Shown in pieces: positions 59,854-64,000 of a stretch of DNA of 64,000 nucleotides (positions within the stretch are counted from its first letter, which is position 1; each line of letters starts with the position of its first letter). The notes below the pieces were generated by a model, which was not told where the DNA came from, ran no database searches, and worked only from the letters and a program-made list of their open reading frames with translations. Source of the DNA: Entomortierella parvispora E1425 (lineage: Eukaryota; Fungi; Mortierellomycota); contig BQFW01000009.1 of assembly GCA_020891255.1 (NCBI GenBank), positions 186,001-250,000 of the forward strand, given 5' to 3'. A program made the translations under genes and the position numbers.

Positions 59854-62800
59854 CTATATCAGTCCGTTTCGAAGGTCCGCCATAGCAAGGCCAATGGCCA
59901 CCATCTCATCGCCAAAGGATCGCTGCAAATAGATCGAAAGACGGTCTCTATCAACATGAGGTAGCACGTCGCCCAGCCTGTCCAGACTCTGCTCCGTTAC
60001 ATATTCGTTTTTAGAAGACGCGCCAGGAGACACCAGATTGTCAACAGCTGCTGCGGACGAAACGGAATATCTCTGCTGCTTCTGTTGCAACATTTCTTCT
60101 TTTTTCTTATCCTTCTTGCTCAATCGCTTCGGTGTTGTACCGGTCGAGAACGCATCTCTCTTCTGGTATTTCGCGAAAGACGCGAGAGAGGAGAACGATG
60201 ATGTCGCGTGCCTCTGATCTGCCTCCGACCGTATTGGGCCACCCATCACGAGTCCACTCTCGGCTGTAGGAGAGGAAGTATTATAGATTGATTGCGAGCG
60301 ACCTGACTCCCTTGGGGGAGGACTAGGGATAGTGCTTGCAGAGGAGAGTACTGGAGACATGACCAAAGATGCACTTGTGCTGATAGTAGAGGATGAAGAG
60401 GCACCTGCATAGGTTAAGGGCCGTGTCAGACCACGCCCAACCCCCATTTGCGGATTCGACCGTTGATTTTGTCCCTGCTGCTGGAAACCAACGACAGGGA
60501 TCATGATTGGAGAGGTCAGCGGTGAATAAACCTCGTCTTTGCTAGTCGTTTCATCTGCGAACGGCAGACCAGTAGCTGTGTGGACCAAACGCGTACTTCC
60601 ATCGGCCACGTTGTTTTCTGATCCTCCATGCCGCTCTAACAAACCCTGATTTTCCTGGAGTCTCAACTCGGCGATATTTGATTCAGAAGATATCGATCCC
60701 ATAGATGACGACTGTGTACCAAGGGATGTACGGGATTCCAAAGTACTGATAGAGTCGCTAGTGCTTGCTGCTTCAGACTCATCACGGTTGGGGATAATCA
60801 TCATGCTCATTGGCCGGCGTGAGGAACGGCCGGTCAGGCTCTTTCGTATCGGTCGCTCTAGGAACCCTGACCCCGGCGACATTGGAGCTCCAGCGTTCAT
60901 AGGTCTTATTCCACCAGTCGAATCGTAATAAACTGGAACGCCGCCCACATTGGCAGTGTCTTCTGATAGGAGGGAAGTTTTTTTCGGACCACGGACGCTG
61001 CAAGTGCTGTTGCTTCGGCTTGAGGTTGATCCATTACTTGAGAAAGATACCAATGTAGTTGGACTTTCAGACTTAGTATGGGCTCGTAGCGAAGTCGAGA
61101 AAAGATGGCCAGTGTTCCCACTGCCCATTCTTTTTAGAGGCGAGGACCCAGGTGAAACCCCAGGAGGATGAGCCCCGCCACGGGTGCTAGCACTTGAAGA
61201 TGAATCTTGCGCTGTGGAGGCCTTGCTGTCTGACATGGCACGAGAACGAGATGAAGACCATGATTCAAGTTCGACAGCAGACTTTACAATTTTTTGTTTG
61301 TAAAACAAAGACCCGCCTGCCGAAGGAAGGTGTATGGCATGCGCAGGATGCTGATAATGGCTGTAGGCCTCAGAAATATTAGAGCCGTCCGTGACGCTTG
61401 CAGAAATGTCCATCGAGAACCTTTTGCCTGCGTTTTTAATCCTTGCTCCTATACCTCCATGAACGCCACTCGCGGAAGCTCCCAACGGCAATCCAGCTGG
61501 CGTTAACCGTCCAGCCCCATCACTGTTCCCCTTCGAGAATGGCTCCAGGTGGTGCTGGCTTAGAGTCGGGGCCTGTCCTGGGCCATATTTTCCAGCCACA
61601 GCCTTGACAATCGTAGGCGGGTCTACAAAACAAACAAAAGGGATAAGTTTAGATCTCTCATTTCGAATTCTCAAGAGCAGAGTCATTGACTACCTTTCAT
61701 GAGTGCTGGCCGGTCTTGCATCATAGATCGGAGAGCCCAGACATCCAACCCGACCTTTGCGCGAGTGAAGTCTTGGACAGCCTCGGCGTACACCTGGTTT
61801 CGTTCTTTCAAGGTCAGCTTTCGAACACGATAAGCCTTCAAAGGTATTGGGCGTAGGCTTTGATCAGGAAAAGTCTGTCTCTCTGCCGAAACTTCTCCTT
61901 GCTTAAAAGGCGATTCGCCTCTTTGTAGAATTGCCCCGAACACCCCACTACTTGCTACACCAGAGCTAGTGCTGCTGGTAGAAAGAGACGCCTCCTCAGT
62001 GCCAACACTGTCACCTCCCTCTCGGTGGTTGTATTTTGCAGGCTCCGATACTGATGATGTTAGAGATGATGCCGTTGAGGAGGCAGATGTCCCTCTTTTG
62101 ACCCTGCTCTTGTCTGGTGACATTCGGAGTAATGCCTCGCGTCCTGCTAATATTCTTGCCTCACGGGTTGTTAAGGGGGTGGTAGGTGTCATCAGGCTCG
62201 CAGATCCAGGAGATGACACGTTGATGTTGTTCTGGTCTACAGTAGAATGTACGCACCCTTGCTGCTGCTGCTGTGTATCTGCGAACTCTTTGCGGACGGT
62301 CATTGGTGAAGGAACTGCACTTTGAACACTGTTAATTTCCTTGACCTCAATCGGTGGAGACAAAGGTGCTAGATCCCAACTCGGCAAATCCAGACAGCTT
62401 AAGCTTGCGGGCCGTTGAGTGTCCCGACGTGAAGCCGCAGCTGCTTCTGCCGCGGCTGCCAACCCGGAACCAGATGTGACAAGACTGAGTCTCTTCCTGG
62501 GATCAGATGCCCCGATTTGTTCCTTTAACCGTGCCTGCTCCTCATTTGGTTTACCAGGTTGCATTACAAGTCGGACTTCCTGCCCAGTAAATGAATCGTC
62601 ATCGCTGCGATCTGTCGACAAGACCTGCACCATCGTATCCGTGTCCTCGTCAAGAGAAACATCTCTTATTTCAAGCGAAGGTGATCTCTCAAGTATAACT
62701 GCGTTTTGAGGAATAACGTGGCTGGACGCATTAAATTGAGTCGAATCTGAAGAGCTCCTTTCATCAAGCTTTGACAGCCCATTGAAGGTATGAGATCGAA

Positions 62801-63600
62801 TCCTCTTCTCCGCACCCCCTTCACCATTTTGTATGGATGTACCATTACCAAGAGTCCAAAGTGAAGTCAGATCGTTGCTTGAAAATGAGAGCTCTAATAA
62901 CTTCGGAGCGGACTGACCAATTGAGCGCCGAACTCCCAAGTCTGCAGTGGACTCTTCAGGATTAACTTTAAATCCATCAGAGGCACAGGTGTTGCCTGTC
63001 GTCTGATCTCTCTTCAAAGCTCCCCCAAAACTTTCAAAAAGATCTGTCACGTCAACCTTGATGTTGTCATCATATGACACTTCACGTTGGGCGACATTTG
63101 TCTCCACACCTCCCTGAATGTCCGCGACAAGGGTTATGTCTTGGTTCAGTCCTATTTCTTGCTCTTGTAGTTCCTTGGTCGCCGCAGTCCCTTGGCCCGA
63201 TTGTAGGATGTTGTTTTTTGGCACTCCAGGCGAGATCGGCGATGCCACTGTAGATGAGATGTTTTGCGGTGCTCTTAGTGCACCATGACCACCATTAACG
63301 CCGGGCACCATTGCATCTGCACAAGAGGCGCGGCCTGATCTGTATGATCTTCCAAAGATAGCAGAGGTTGCGGATGTTGGGAGGTTGTGCTGTGAATGGC
63401 GCATCGGCTGGTGAGTTGCTGCTGAACCGCCTTTCCCTTCCTCTAATGATATCAAGGAACCTACGAAGAAGTTCCAATCCAGATTAGCTTTGTATCGAAT
63501 GAGCTCCTGACTTCATTCTAGCTCCTACCTTGGCTGGCTGTCCAGCTAGTCAGAGACTGTTCTGATCCGTTTCCCCCAACGGGATTGAAGGTAGACACTA
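59854..63600 (-). CDS. Large Ser-rich disordered hypothetical protein with a C-terminal CUE-like motif
   Basis: ORFs 59854-61686 and 61683-63455 joined by an intron at about 61623-61693; further small exon at about 63529-63597. Confidence 0.7.
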
Positions 63601-64000
63601 TTAAAGTATCCAGAAAGTAACATATTAAAACGTAAACTCGAGCACCTCTCAACGCAAGGCCTGACTCTATCTTCTCCTCATACGTTCACCCTCGATTTGA
63701 TCAATCAACTGCTGAAGGACAGAAGAATCTTCTAAAGGAGTATAAATGGATTTACGTGAGCCGATGCAATAGCATTCCACTCTGGACATTCAAGTCAATG
63801 CTACATTCATACCTTCTGTCGCCATGGGGTTTCTGCGTGAGTTGCTTTGTACTCTGTTTGGAAAGGTGGGAGAATATCAAAAGGCGTGAAAGAGAAAGCG
63901 GCATTTTTTTTTGTTTTACTTGGGCGACATGACACCACGTCGCAAGGCGTCTGACCTGCAGCGCTTCTCCCCCTTTTTCTATATGTGATTCCACCTTCCA

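Overview
Intron-rich fungal genomic window. The lineage is probably an early-diverging fungus such as Mortierellaceae, which is an inference from gene style. It holds about 20 mostly housekeeping genes: a PDK/BCKDK kinase, RPE1, a JHD1-like demethylase, a PSP1-domain protein, two tandem M1 aminopeptidases, cipC, an FAD monooxygenase, a SANT/Myb-like protein, an atypical Hsp70, a Fungal_trans factor, a TFIIIC Tfc6-like WD40 protein, ATG8, HAM1/ITPA and a fasciclin protein. The standout is a 9,774-bp Mutator-like transposon (18287-28060) with 217-bp TIRs that appear identical and a perfect 9-bp TSD (AATTTATTT). It carries a Ulp1/C48 protease with intact catalytic residues that can be spliced in frame to the FAR1-DDE-SWIM transposase, plus at least two spliced orphan genes. 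A second accessory block (about 36.5-42.9 kb) contains a tRNA-Leu-shaped gene with a scrambled anticodon loop, a 5'-truncated RNase H-containing LINE about 110 bp upstream of it, and the atypical Hsp70. This block is bracketed by a 29-bp direct repeat. Exon boundaries were read by eye and are predictions.
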